A stretch of 64,000 nt of DNA from Camelus dromedarius (Eukaryota). The position numbers were made by a program, and so were the translations under genes. The notes below the pieces were generated by a model. The model ran no database searches. It worked only from the letters and a program-made list of their open reading frames with translations, and was not told where the DNA came from. The stretch's first letter is position 1, and every line of letters starts with the position of its first letter. Below are positions 1-13,823 of this stretch, in pieces. The DNA lies in assembly GCF_036321535.1 (NCBI RefSeq), contig NC_087436.1, positions 90,584,001-90,648,000 of the forward strand. Direction: 5' to 3'.

Positions 1-130
1 AACCCTAATGAAAGTCCTAGGAGGCAGGAACTAGTATTCCTATTTTACTCATGAGGAAACTGTCACAGAGTCATTAAGTAGCTTGACCAAGATGCAAATT
101 ATAGCCCTAGAATTCCAGTCTAGAGTTTCT
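1..130 (-). mobile_element. MIR SINE fragment
   Basis: Contains 'tattcctattttactcatgaggaaactg...cattaagtagcttgaccaag', the typical antisense MIR core. Confidence 0.7.
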
Positions 131-582
131 TTTCTTAGTCACTATGCACATTATCCCCAGAGCAGGAGAGGAGGATATAAAAATGGAATAGGTGCAGATG
201 AAGCACAAAGAGTAAGAAATAAAGTCATTCTGAATAGGAAGATCTTGGAAAGCTCCTTGAAGGACGTAGAATTTAGCTGGACCTTTAAGGAAATGTAGAG
301 CATTGACAAGTGGATGTGACAGGAAAGCAGACAGGAAAGACAAGACAAAGCAGGAGACCAAGTGGGTCAGAACCTGGGAAAGACAATGATTAGGTCATTT
401 GTGTTAAATAGAAGGATGAAGTAGGAAATTAGGAGAAAAAAGTAGGTAGATTCAGATCTAGAAATGTTACATATTTTGGATAACAGATTTGGACTTGATC
501 CATATTGTTGTATAAAGATAAATAAGAGTTAAGCAGTTACTGAAATTAAAAGATTTGGGTTTAGAAATTTAGTTCTAACTAT

Positions 583-711
583 GGGGACAGTATGATCTAG
601 TTTGGTCCAAACCATCCTTATTTATGCCTATTATCCCAGGAAAATTGTTAACAGCACCTCCTTCCTACTTTTAAAGATTCCTAGTTAGGATAACACATTT
701 TGTGTTCACTC
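583..711. mobile_element. MER81-like hAT MITE remnant
   Basis: 'tttatgcctattatccc...gttaacagcacctccttc' resembles the recalled MER81 core; ends are degenerate. Confidence 0.5.
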
Positions 712-859
712 TGTGACTAATATTTATGCATCAGAATGGAAAAATCAAACTTTTAGCATTATCCAGTATTTGTTAGTGTCTTAAGGTTTTAAAACTGGAA
801 TGGTTAGTCTGAAGGGCAGCTTTACAATGTTTTTTTAAAAATCAGTATCAGGCTTCAGT

Positions 860-1030
860 ACTTACTCCAGGGAAATGTTATAATGTGCACAAGAAGGCAC
901 GTACAAAGATGTTAACTGTCTCGCTGTATTATGGAACAAGTTAAACAAAACAATTAATAGCCAATAAATGAGTGACTACATAAACTATAGTATACATTTA
1001 CTAAGAGTTATTCTGCAACAGTTAGACAAA
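860..1030 (+). mobile_element. Old L1 (L1ME-like) ORF2 3' fragment
   Basis: 'tgtgcacaagaaggcacgtacaaagatgtt...ataaactatagtatacattt' matches a degraded L1M end. Confidence 0.5.
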
Positions 1031-3790
1031 AAGGTGGGCCCATGGTTCTTAATGGAAAGCAAACTAAATAAAATAGAAGTATTGTTTTATTTCCTCTATT
1101 AATTTAAGTGAATAGTAAAAGAACTAGAGGGAAATAAACAACTTATTGAAGAAAGAACTGGAATAAGGTTTGTGAGCAAATTAAGGAGGTGTCTACTCTA
1201 TAAATAATCATTCAAGAGAACATGAACTATAGTTGTGGTTGTATACATTAAAAAATAGAAGACATTTAAGAAACTGCATGAATAGAATTAAGAGTTGCAA
1301 CACCATTTATATAGATAGTAAAGGAGTAGGCAGACTCAAAGACGGCTCCAAATTTTGAACTTTCATTCCTGAGAAGATGATGATCTCATTTTGGAAATAC
1401 TGATGTCAGAAAATATATGAAACTAAATGTAATGCACTTTACTTGTTTTTACTCCTTCATTTGAGGCTCTGGCAGACCTGCCCTGTTAAGATAACTAGCA
1501 AAACATTGACCTTAACTTCTTTCTTCACCCCTTGAGACCTGTATGGTATTGTGTGTAACATTACCACGTTGTCGTATGGCTGTTTTATGTTCTCCACACT
1601 AGTCTGTGAGCTTGAAAATTTTGTCCAACTTTACAATTTTACAACTTCACAAAATCCGGGCCAGGTCTTTACAAACTATTATTATATTCCATGTTGCCTC
1701 TGAACATAAGTGCAATCAATGTCTGTTTTCCTCATAACTTTTTAGACTAATATTTGGACCACCTGAAGTATACCTTTTTATTTTTATTTCCATGTAACAC
1801 TATAACAATATAATGATGTGATAGAATTGGTATTACTTCAGTATGATATATGATTGAATTTTTCTTTCCTACCAGTTTTTCTTTCACTGACCTAGGGCAG
1901 GGGCAGGTCTTACTTGATTATGAATCATAAGGTATCTGGAGTATAACAGATACAAAAGAATGTTGGTTGAATTAAAATGCAGAGGTATAATATAAAGAAC
2001 ACTGAAATGCTTGATGAAAAAGCTAATAGAAGTTACATTAATTTGTTTTTCACACTGTTGTGCAATGTTTATTCAGTATCTTTTATATATATTGCCTCCC
2101 TTGAGGAATTTTAGAAAGTAAATTTCAGAGCTATAATGTTTGTTTTTTGAATTCTTTATTAGGCAAGAAGTTAAACTGGTGAGCCTAGCAGAACAAAACT
2201 GTATAGAAATTCCAAATACATTTCTTGATATTGCTCCATGAAAAAGATTTTAAGGATTTCCTGTACCTAAGTTTACAGCAATAGGCTCATTTATGTTCAA
2301 TTTATTCAGTTTATGGATGTTAAGACCTTTTAGATTCACAGTGTTGTTTTTGTTTTAGTCATACGTAGCTTCGTTTTGGGAAACCTTATTCATTCTTCAT
2401 TATGTAACTAAGCCTTTGAATTTATGACTTGAAAGTCACCCTGAGAAAACATCGCACATTCCTAGAAGCATCTATGAACTTGAGTTAGCTTTAGAAGAAA
2501 AAACATGGCACTTTCTTGTTTTGCCTCCATGCTTTACATTTTAATATTTGTCAATTTGTAGATAAATGAAATGATTTAATCATCTTACAATGAACACTGT
2601 AATGTACAGTTTCTCAGCTTATGCATAAGAGAAGTAATTAAAATACTGTAATTCCTTTAATATATTTTTAGTGTCACTGATGCCTTACATTGAGTTTGCC
2701 ACCTATTGGCTAAAAGTAAAACTTCATTACAGAAAAAAATCAATTCACATAAGTGTTCATTTTAAGAAAGCAGTGATAATGAAAAGCAGTATTAATTTCC
2801 CACAATGGTTTAGAAGAACTAGTGACTTAAAATTGGATATATAAGAAAAAGTGACACTTCCTTCCAACCTGGAACTTTAATTAAGTGCTTTTATTTTAAA
2901 AGAGAAACTGTACTTCGTCCACTTCTTAGGAAATCTGCAATGTTAATGAATTCTTTAAAATCTGCATAGAACATTGTATGCTAAATGTCTGGAAAATGCT
3001 TACGGGAGTTGAAAAAGAACATTATATATTAACTCAATTGAAATATAAAACACAAAGTACTTTAAATTGAATAGAAAGATTTTAATGCTAAATCCAGTTC
3101 ATCACTTGAAAAATGTAACCTTATGAAATACAATATTACTGTCAAAGCTCTGAATCTTTCTATAAAGAGGAAAATAAAATCCTACTACATTCTCACAGAC
3201 ATTACTATAAATAATGAAAATCAATTTATACTAAGGTTGGCCTCTGCAGTTTATTATGTATACTGGTAGTGCTTTAACTCTATATTTAAATATAATAATA
3301 AAGAATCAGCTCTTTTAACCTTTTCCTGGCCAGGAGAGACAGACAGATCCATAAGTTAAATAGCGTGTGCCTATGTAAGTACACGTCCATGTATGACTCA
3401 TTGTCATGTGGGGGAGTAGGCTCACTGAGAAACTGGAATAAGAAGATTGAACTTCAGGGACACCTTGGATACTTAAATCTAATTTTCCCTGAATGAGGAT
3501 GTATCTCAGCTGACAGAATATATAAAAACCAGCACAAACTACTTATAATGTATTTTAAATGGGAGCATATTTAAAGATAATTTTAGTTGTTCCTGAACAT
3601 AATGTAAGCTTGATTATAAAAGGCCTGTGATGTAGCAAGAATATGACTTTATCAGCTTAGAAATGGCTTATTGTATGAACAAGAGTCATCTGCAATTGCC
3701 CTATATGAAACATACATCAAGTAAAAGTCTACAACTACTCTTGGTACATTCTATATCCTTAACTAAATAAATCAGAAATATATAGCAAAT

Positions 3791-3796
3791 GTGTTT

Positions 3797-3830
<34 letters not shown>
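3791..3830. repeat. (TG)n(CG)n compound microsatellite
   Basis: Directly visible: gtgt...gtgtgcgcgcgcgcac. Confidence 0.97.
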
Positions 3831-6109
3831 CTGGTGTTTAAGCTGAGAACTGCCCCATAACAATACAAATAGAAATCAGTATACTCATTCAGATGTGAAA
3901 CAGATGAAACAAAATTGCAATGCCTATTTAGGAACTGTAACAAGGAAAAAAAAATTTTCTTAGTTGTCCTTCCTAGTTTCAATTAAATAAAATAAATTTA
4001 TAGGGCAAAAAAACCTATCAAGAAAAACACATATGGTTGACTTTTCATAACCAATTCTATTTACTCTGATAGCATTTTAAAATAACTTTAGGTTATTAAC
4101 TTTGACACTTGTGTCCTAGGCACCTCCAGACTAGTCTCAAAATGTGTCTATGTGAAACCTTCAAAAATTTGAAGCCAACAATAACACATTAAAAAGTCAT
4201 ATTTAAAATTTCCTAATTATTGCCATAAGTACCATCAGCCTAAGAACATTGTGGTTAAATAGCCAAGAATAATCTCCCATGAAATTGAAAAAAAATGAGT
4301 TAAAAAGCAAAAATAGCCATATTTAACTCTTACTCTAATTTTTATCTCAAGAGAAATCAGAAGGAAAAAATAGTAGCTCAGTGATGCAATCTGTATGTGT
4401 TATGGGAATAGTCTCATCTCATCTACATTGTCAAACGTACAAGTGTTATTGTTGTTAATCCTTTAGACTGGCAAAATTATGTGGGTTATCTGTTCTGTAT
4501 AAAAGCTGGTCTACCAAATCAGAATTTTACAAATAAAGAAATAAAAGGAGCATTAAAGTTCATTGTTTAAAACTTCCTGGTTTCACAAATAAAGTAAAGA
4601 GAAAAGCTTAATGACAAGGTCATTTCAAGTTAATGTACTATTTATAATTTCCTGATATTGAAAATGTAGTCAAGTTTCTAATTAATGTCAAAACATTAAC
4701 AGCATGCTCAAGTCCTACTTGTGTTAAAAAGGACTTATCTTATTCTTATATACACTTCTAGTTATCACCCTATCCCTGCCTTTCTATTTATAACCCCAGC
4801 TTTTTGGAAATGGTTTACACCTATTGTTCAACATCCTTACCCACCATTTAAAATCGTCACAATGGGCACCCTTTCACTCTAGGTGGAAATGCCTAAAGCT
4901 CTTAAGCTTCTAAAGCTGATTGTGCAACTAATCTGTGCAATTTTCTGTTTGTACTAAAATACACAGAAAGAGTCCCTAATAGGTCTCCCCCATGCCTGGA
5001 GGCACCAAGCAGTAATTAGTCACACACCACAGGAGACCTCAAAGAGTATGTAAAATACAGATTGTTGATTAAAGTGTTTAGAGATGCAGACTTCTGGTGC
5101 CATCTCTATGTTCCAACAGGGAATAGCAATCATGGAATCAATTAAATGAGCTAAATTATTAGCCCAAGATATTAGGCTACTGTGAAAATTATCACAAATT
5201 CTAAGATTGTGCTTAGGCAAGTGTCCTAGAAGGGTATGGCTGATTAGCAGTCATAGCAGTGACTCCAGTAACAACAGTAAAACAGAATCATGCTTTAACT
5301 CCTGAAATACGTCTCAGGTAACTGCTCCTGGCTTTTGTTCCCACTTCTCCATAGCAACTCTTTTTGCCATGGCCTCTAATAACCTTGCTATTAGTTGCAA
5401 CGAATACTTTTCAACATTTATTCTTATTTAAATCCTTTATAGCTACTGATATTGTCTACAACATTCTTCTTCTTGAACTTCTCCTCTACCTTGGCTTTGT
5501 TGATATACTGATTCAAAATATTTTAATACATATATTCTTGATGTTATCTTTAATATGCACGTCATGAAAATGGACCTCTACTCATCACCAGCATCAACAT
5601 TATCATCATTGTTACAGGTGTTAATAGATTCCTAGTTTGAATATTATTTCTAAACTTTCTGAGAACTTCCTATACCCTAGGCACTCCATTAATAGTTAAC
5701 TAATAATGTGTAACGTTCAGTCCTCACAACACGATGTTGTTACCATAAGCTCTCATAGTTATACCCCACATCAAATCACAATTAGCATGTGACCTACCAA
5801 TTCGCATCTGTTAAACATGCCATTTCCTTATGTCCTTTAAAATACTACTACTCTACTTGGAATCCTTAACATTTCTCACATATATTGTCATAACCTTCTC
5901 CTATTTAGTTTCTCTGCCTCTGGTCTTTTCCCTTTTCTGATTTATTTTCTACAATATTATAAGACCAAAATCAACCAAAAAGTAAAATATAATAGTACAC
6001 TACCATCTCTCAAATACTATAATAAAATTAAAATTCATTTGTCCCAAATTTCTTGCAGATTAAATCTAAATCTCTCACCTCATGACATTCTTAATCTAGA
6101 CGATGGAAA

Positions 6110-6640
6110 ATGAAAACCTAAAAAGTTGACTCACGTTCTTTAAGTTGTTTATGAAATGGTGCTGCTAATGTTTTTAAAAGATTACATGCATTCAATTAAA
6201 ATACAAAATGGAGATTAAACCTGAGATTTCACTGAGCAGACAAAATCATTTAAGCCACATAAGCAAAACTCAGTTTAGCTTATTCTGCAAAACAAGCAAA
6301 ACTTAACTTGGGCCACTTCTTATAAATACCTCTGAAAATCATAAATAAAACTTAAGTTGTTCCCCAGAATTGGTATAAGGTAACTGCTACCTTTAACCAA
6401 TCCCTCACCACTAGAAAAACTCTAAAGCTATAACCTATCATTGTAAAGAATAAATAGCCTCTGCATTTTTACTATATAAGCTTTCACAAAAATATACCTC
6501 TGAGCATCATTCTGCTGCTGGTTTAAAGCTCCCAGTTCACGAACTGTTCTTATACACACAAGAAAACCTTACTAAATACTGTTTTACTGAGCTTATTGTT
6601 TTAATTTAGCTGTTTCTGGATTTTTTTTTTATACCTGAAA
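6110..6640 (+). mobile_element. Probable solo ERV LTR, family unassigned
   Basis: LTR-like layout: short U3-like repeats (aagcaaaact twice), CCAAT near 6397, TATA-like 'ctatataag' near 6472, then a degenerate poly(A)/U5 region. Confidence 0.4.
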
Positions 6641-8049
6641 GAGTTTACTTCACTTCAGATATATTTGAAACTAAGTATGAGTCAACTCTGTCTGAAATCC
6701 AAATTTGACAATGTGGTAAGTGTTTTGAAGTTTCTTAAAATCTCCTCATCAAATCCAGGTGCCTCCACTATTCTCTTTAATATATTCATAAATGATGGGA
6801 GTTAAGGATGGGGAGTAGGGCTAACATCATCCGTAATTTCAGAGATGATGCTATCAAAGTAAACAACTTAAAAATATAAATGAAAATAGGCATTTGTTAT
6901 TCAGGGGACGAGACTCCTATAATGTTATTTTGCCTGAAAGAGTTAAAATTCTTTCCAAACTTGGACTTTCTAAATCTCCATTCTTAATGGAGTGCCATTA
7001 CATCATATTTCAGACCCAATGGGAAAATGAATATATTTCCAATAACCATGAGCCTCACCAATTCCCTTACATTTACTCAAGCACAAAATTCATGCACCTG
7101 CAACTCAGATATGCGCAGCAGGACAACTTTTTGCTTAATTTAGCATGGAGATTGGCAGCCGGAATCAAAGAAAAATTAATCTTATACAAACATATATATA
7201 AATTATCCGTGAAGAAGAAAAATGTCTAAAGGATTAGGAGAGGTTTTCTTTTACTTTTTTCACTTTAAATAAATATAGCAGGGGGTGAAAACTCTGAGTT
7301 CAGGAATTTTGAAGAATATTGGGTGAATATTCTTTAATGAATATAATGCACTTCAATAAATAATTTTGATCTGTTATATTCAATGTGTTTTACTTAACTG
7401 TACATTTTTAGAATATGTATGTTATAGTCCAGGCACTCAAGTAGCAGCCTATAATCAAGGATTAAAAGGCAAGCCTATAAAATAATGAGCAGAGAGGGAG
7501 ACTGAGAGATCAGGCACATGCCAAGCAGGTGGCAGTCACATATGTTTGGAAAATATAAACACACATTCATAATTGTTTTTTTTATTCTGATTTCACTTGT
7601 TGCCCAAAATAACAGCTTTTTTTCCTGCCCAGAGCAGCTTCCTCAATACAGATTTGCACTGTAGGCTAGGTTTGATATTTTGGGATTATGATCTTTAGGA
7701 TATCTGATAAACAGACATGATGGCTCTTTTCCTAGAGAGGTGTGGAAGTGCGGTGATTTTTCACCATGTAAATAAAGCCCTAGTTACTGACTCTTCCTAT
7801 AGTGAAAAACAGCTCTGAGCAGAAATGTGGTCTAGTTAGAAAGAATTCTGTCCTAGAACTGGAGACTTGATTTCTAAAACTCTTTGCCTTTGAGGTTAAT
7901 AAACGCCACCTCTACCATCCTGTCTTCAATATTCGATTGTCCCTCAGGCTTATGCCTCTACTTAAAATGAATACATTGGCACATGGTGCAAAGCCCTCCC
8001 TTCCATAGGATAATTTATTATCAGTGTGGAAAATCCACCTATATTACAT

Positions 8050-9460
8050 CTTAAATTTATTTGATTACCCTTTGTCTTCTCCATTAGAATGTAAGCTCCA
8101 TTGCCTGACATACTACTATACCCAGAATGTATCCTGTATTATTCTGGTGTTCAGTAAACCACTTGAGAATAAACTAATGTAGAAAGTCTCATCTTGGATT
8201 ATCTTCATTTCTTGGCTATGACCTCTACCTCACCTTAGGCACTATTCCCAAAACCATGCCTTGGATCCTCCAATTGCAAGAGTCACTGTATCTTAGATAC
8301 CTAAACACCAATATTCACTTAATACCCATTAAACTGATATTTTAATTGCCTACCATATGCAAGTACTCTTCTAGGGATAAAATGGTAAACACAGAAAATT
8401 CTCCTGGCTCATGGAAAGACATTCTAGTAAGGAAGACAAATAAAAAGTAAATAAATATATAGTATATTTTCACCAACTGGAATTACATAGTGAAGAAATA
8501 CCAAATATATAAAATAATATGAAGAGGTTATATTATTCTATGGAGAAAAATAAAGCAGGGGAAAAGGATAGAGCATGATAGAAGGAGTGGCTATTTTTAA
8601 AAGTGGAAGTGGTCAAGGAAACTTCCTGTACAGGTGACTCTGGTCAGTGCTTAAAGAAGTGAGCAATAGGCTATTTGCATGTCTTGAGAAATAGAACTCG
8701 AAGTAGAGAAGAAAGTAAGTGCCAAGTCCTGAAATGTTAACAAATTGGGATGCATAAAATACAGGAGTAAGACCCATGTGACTGGGACAGAGTGGACAAG
8801 TGTAATGGTAATAGGAGATGAGGCAGAGAGATTGGCAGAGAAGAAACCAGAAGTCGGGTCCTGGTATTAGTAAAGCTAATGCTAGTAGATTTCACAGGTG
8901 AACCTGAAATATCCAAAAATTAGCCCAGGTTTTCCTGACAGCCCCATGATGTGAGGGAAGAGTGTCACTGCTCCATAAAGTCTTTAAGGTATTGAGAAAT
9001 AGTATCACCTTTAACATATTACTTCCAAGTTCAAACTGTGCTAAAAGTCCATCACCTAGAAAACATTCATAAATACATACACACATCACTGCAAGGGAAC
9101 ATGGGATATGGTGTCTAGTTGTATTCCCATGATGAAGACATGTGTTTAGTGAACAGGTAGACATTCTCTGCCAAAGCCATGTGAACCAGGATAAGGGATA
9201 GTACTTTTATTGTAAGTGTGATGGAAAGCTATTGGAGAATTTTTAACAGGAAAATAACAATTTATATTTTTAAAATTAATATGGCTGTTGAGATGATACT
9301 ATAATATAAGTCAACAAACCTGAACCTTCTTTTTTACAAAAAAGATGTGATGATGGTTTAGACTACACTAGGTTCCTAGCTCTGGAGGTAGCAAGACATT
9401 TCTATATTCGGGCTATGTATTGCTGGTGATTTCACGTAGGGTATGAGTCCAGTGAGAAAG
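8050..9460. mobile_element. L2 fragments interrupted by a MaLR (MLT1-like) LTR at about 8860-9175
   Basis: L2 motifs 'cattagaatgtaagctcca', 'taccatatgcaagtactcttctaggg' and 'aagtgtgatggaaagctattggagaattt'. The inner piece ends 'tttagtgaacaggtagacattctctgcca', an antisense MLT1 start. Confidence 0.6.
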
Positions 9461-11737
9461 TTCCCAAGGCTACTCTTCTCCTCTTTTGACCTCTTACAAT
9501 CCTGAGTTAAGTCACTGTTACTGCATTTTAAGGCTCCTTTTTGTATTGTCTTCTTATGTGGCTGTTTCTCCTACTACATACTGAACTCTCTAAGGATAAA
9601 GACTCCATCTTCATAACCCTGGGTTATAGTACACTGCCTGATGAATTGGAGCACACAATGAATTATTTTTTTATTGAATCAAACGAGGAAACTTGCCTAT
9701 GGACACAATACAATTACAATGTCAGAGACAGTATTGGAATCCTGATATGGGTTATTGCAAAACTAAGCTTCTTTCCACTACTTCAAGTTCCAGCAATTTA
9801 TACACAGCAAAATAACAAGGCAAATTTGTACTTAGTTCTAGCTAGTTGATGCCCTTAGGTATCTACTCTGGAGGTTAAAACGTGACAACAGTTTGTCAAC
9901 TCATAGGAATGTTTTATATTAGATAGATATTTTTGTGTTGTTTATTCTGTCTCGGACAAAACTTCAGACAGAATTCAGGGGAGACAGAAATGGGATCTAG
10001 AACCCTAAAAGTCAGCACTAACCTAAGTTAATAAATAGAATGTCAGACCTTAGTTCAAAAATGTAAAGGCACAGAGAAGTAATATTAGTATTCACTGGTT
10101 GATTCATTCAATGACTATTTATTGTTGTTTACTATGAATAAAGTATTGCTATATTTGCTGGAGATAGAGCAGTGAAAATAAAAAGCTAAAATATCCTGTC
10201 ATCATAAAATTTGCTTTCTTAACTGAATTTGATCTTGAGGTCTAATAGAACTCTAGACAAATTAAATGAGAAAACACAACAGAAGCTAGAGAGAACAGTT
10301 TATCTCAGTGGGAAGAAAGATATAGCTTTATTCCAGATGTGCACTAATCAAAGATTAATATGAATGTAGGAAAAACAAAACCCTGTTTTTCAAAACTTGG
10401 TCAGGGACTAGGCAGGAGTTAAGGCTACGCTGAATGTATTCAGTGTTTGAAACTGAGTGAAAATGAGTCTGACACTATAGTGTTCTTGTTTTTATTCTGT
10501 GCTTGCTAAATAATAAAGATATATATGAGCAAATATTAAAGAGTTGTGAGGAAAAATGCAGGTTGTAATGGGGTTCCTGCTCATGCAAAGAACCAGGAAA
10601 AACATTCTCCCATTTACCATACCTCATTTTAAGCATCAAATATTGGGAATATCTTTGACTAGATATTATGATTGCTGTGCAATAAATTGTGGGTACATTG
10701 TTCATGAGTCTCCAGTTGGAAGCTTGGGTGGTAAACTTGAACTGCAATCTTTGCGCTCCCTCTTCAGAAACTCTTCCCATTAGGAGTACTAAATTTGTCC
10801 CCTGTGGAGGCTTGAGGCATTTGTTTTATTCATCTTAATTCTAGCAGTAGACGTATTGGATCCTTTAGGTATTCTTTAAGGTTAAGTAACACATTTTTCC
10901 TGTGTTTGCATGTAACATTGTTTTTATTCCTCTTTATAAATAGTTTACCTAAGTATTTAACTTTGCTATTTTAATTGAGAAGGAGGACCAGTCAGGATGA
11001 CAAATCTAAAAATAACCCTTACCCAAAAGCAGCAGCAGATGTCTTCTCTTCCAATTAACTTCACAAAAATTGTTCATCTCTATTATCTGAGACCTGAATC
11101 AGCTTAGCTTGTTGAATATGCTCAGCAGCCTTGTTCTTAGAATCCCTGCTCTTGGTGACTCAAGAAAATCTTAAGAAAAATCTTTTACTGAAAAAGCAGT
11201 AAGATGAGTCAAAGGAAACTCCACAAGGATATTTTATTCTTCAGATAATTTCAGTCTTTTTGAAGAAGAAAAACCAAGGTCCCAATTCAAGTAATATGCA
11301 AGTGATTTGCTTGTTCTTGAAAAAAAAAATACATGAAATTTGAAAACTTACTACAACTTTAAAATGAAAGATGAACTCACCCCAAAATTAAACTAAATAA
11401 AAATCAGGCTTTAGAAACTGATTTGTAAACATTTCCTGTTCATAAGCAATTTAACCATTCTAAGATTAATCTGCTATCATTACAATTTGGCAGTTCAGCT
11501 CTAAATGAGAATAAAAAAGCTTAGGGTATTGCCCAAACAAGGACAATGCTGAGTTTTTAAAATATTCAAATTATGATAAAATGTTATATCTAAAATTTGG
11601 GAATTCTATATCAAAAATAATTTACCAGTTGCTTGAATATATAATATAGTTCAAGAATAAAATGAATTTTTCTCTTTTGGATTCATCATACATTTCTTTA
11701 TTAAGGGAATGCCTCTCTCTTAGATAACTCATGTCCT

Positions 11738-12003
11738 GTAGTGCCTAACCCCCTACATTAGAATCACCTGGAGTGCTGGTTAAAAATTCAGATTATGAAA
11801 TTCCTCTTTAAACTTGCTTTCTCTGTCAAAAAAAAAAAAAAAAAGGTGGGGGGGGTAATGATAACAAGTTAAGTCATGGGATTTTTGCAATAATTAATGA
11901 GAAAACGCACATGAATCACTTTGAAGAGTATGTAATATCTAGTTATTTTGTGTTGGACCTAGGAATCCAACTTTCTGTTCATAATTAAATGTTAAGAACC
12001 ACA
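11738..12003. mobile_element. MER5-like hAT MITE with an internal MIR-like segment
   Basis: 'acattagaatcacctggagtgctggttaaaaattcagatt' at the start and 'ttaagaaccac' at the end. Confidence 0.55.
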
Positions 12004-13099
12004 GGTAATGGATAGTGCGTATTTATTTTGCTATCTTTACCTGAAAGAATCTTGGCTAGAATTATTAGCTGTGATGCACCTATTCTTTATCTGTAATGTG
12101 AGAGTTCCCAGATAAATTATCTAACAGAGAGCTTTGCAGTGAGAACAAAATATTAGAACCTCACCTATATAGTGTTCAGAGAACCATATAAAGAATTTAG
12201 CCTAATTGTATTGCCATAATATATAAGTAAACATTTCTAAACAGAAGATACTGATAAAATAAACTTTATAAAATTCACAATTTTTATCAAAATGTAGTAT
12301 TAACAGAATGAAAATATCATTCACAGGATTGGATAAGGCAGAGGAAGAAGAGATAGATACATAGGTATGCAGATGCATGGATGCATGCATACACACATGA
12401 ATACACAGAAGATCGCTCTTGTATGAATCAGTAGTAAACAGTGTGCTCTGTGAAGCACAATTAACATAATCCTTTGTAACTAAGGCTAAAAATTTAAGGA
12501 AGTTATTGGCTATGAATACAGATACAAAGTATCTAAAGATTTCTATCTGAAAACTTTTCTTCCAAACAACTATTACAATGATCCTAAGGGAATTGTTTTT
12601 TTTTTTCCTTCGAGTTTTTATCAGTCATAAAATTGATCCTCTTCTGTGTCCCATATTATCCTTGCATTTTACCTTACTGTAGTGAAATTCACTAATGACT
12701 GATTTCCAGAATTTTTGAAGCTCAGCTTATGCCTCTGTTTACATTTAAGCTTTCAATAAGATGTATCATCAGTTGAATTCTTAAGGAATGCTACTTTTTT
12801 ACACTAAATTAGAAAATGCCTGTGAATAGCTCCCACTTCTTGTAGGTCCATAAAGCACATACTACACTTTCAGACTGATGCCTGTGTTGCTGTGTGCAAA
12901 ACTGGTGGAATTGGTTTTATATCCTGCCCCATTTACTGGAAAGAACTATTTTAAAAATGAATGTGGTATCCAAAAGGAGCCCCATGCTAAACCATATTTA
13001 AAAGAATTTCACTTCAAATATAATGATATAAACAGTTTGAAAGTAAAAAGATAAAAAAGTATACCATGCAAAAGTGAATTTAAAAAAACACAGAAGTGG

Positions 13100-13823
13100 A
13101 ATTCATTAAACATTGATATGTGTTAGAAGAAGAAAATATAAAAGCTTTTAAAAAATTTTTTTTGGTTTGATGTTTATCTACTCCTAACCTTAAGGCAAGA
13201 AAACGAAACTTTCAAAGCCCCTTCAGATAAATCTTAAACACCATGGTTCTCACCGCATGCTTTCTCATAGGTAATCATACACCAATTTGTCTGATTTTGC
13301 ATCCTGTGAGAATTTCATGTTTTTATATTTTCTTTTCTATTTTTGTCTTATTGCAGAAGTGACATCCTCATGTTTTCCTTGTTTTTGGGGGGAGGTGCAG
13401 GTGAGACAGGAGGGAAGGGGGCCAGGCACAACCAGTAAAGGAAGGACGCAGCAGTTACACCAAGATGGTGGGAGATTCAACTCGCAGTAGATGTGGAGGC
13501 CCAAGATGGCAGGACATTTGACTTCCAGTAGACCCTGAGCTTCATTACAATATGTCAGCATGATAAATGGAATTCCTACAGTTCGGAGGGTAACCATAAA
13601 AGGTCAAAAAGTGGGTAGTAGCCCAGTTCCTAGGAACCTAGCCCCTCCCTCGAAGTATTTGGAATAATATTCTCACTTGTTAGCATATGAAGTTACGGAG
13701 CCCATAAAAACTGTCAACCCTGCACCTCGTGACCTTTCTTTTTCCTTCTGAGACAGCCTACACTCTGTCTATGAAGTGTGCAACTCTCTGAATAAATCTA
13801 CTTTTACTCTAAAAGAAAAAAAA
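13100..13823 (+). pseudogene. Polyadenylated retrocopy ending in an ERV1-like LTR U3/R
   Basis: Flanked by direct repeat cacagaagtgg (13089-13099 and 13827-13837). AATAAA at 13791-13796 and A-tail from 13811. Confidence 0.7.
13402..13810 (+). mobile_element. ERV1-like LTR lacking U5
   Basis: Starts 'tgagacagg', has repeated 'ccaagatgg', TATA-like 'cataaaaa' near 13703, and 'ctgtctatgaagtgtg...aataaatctactttt'. Confidence 0.65.
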
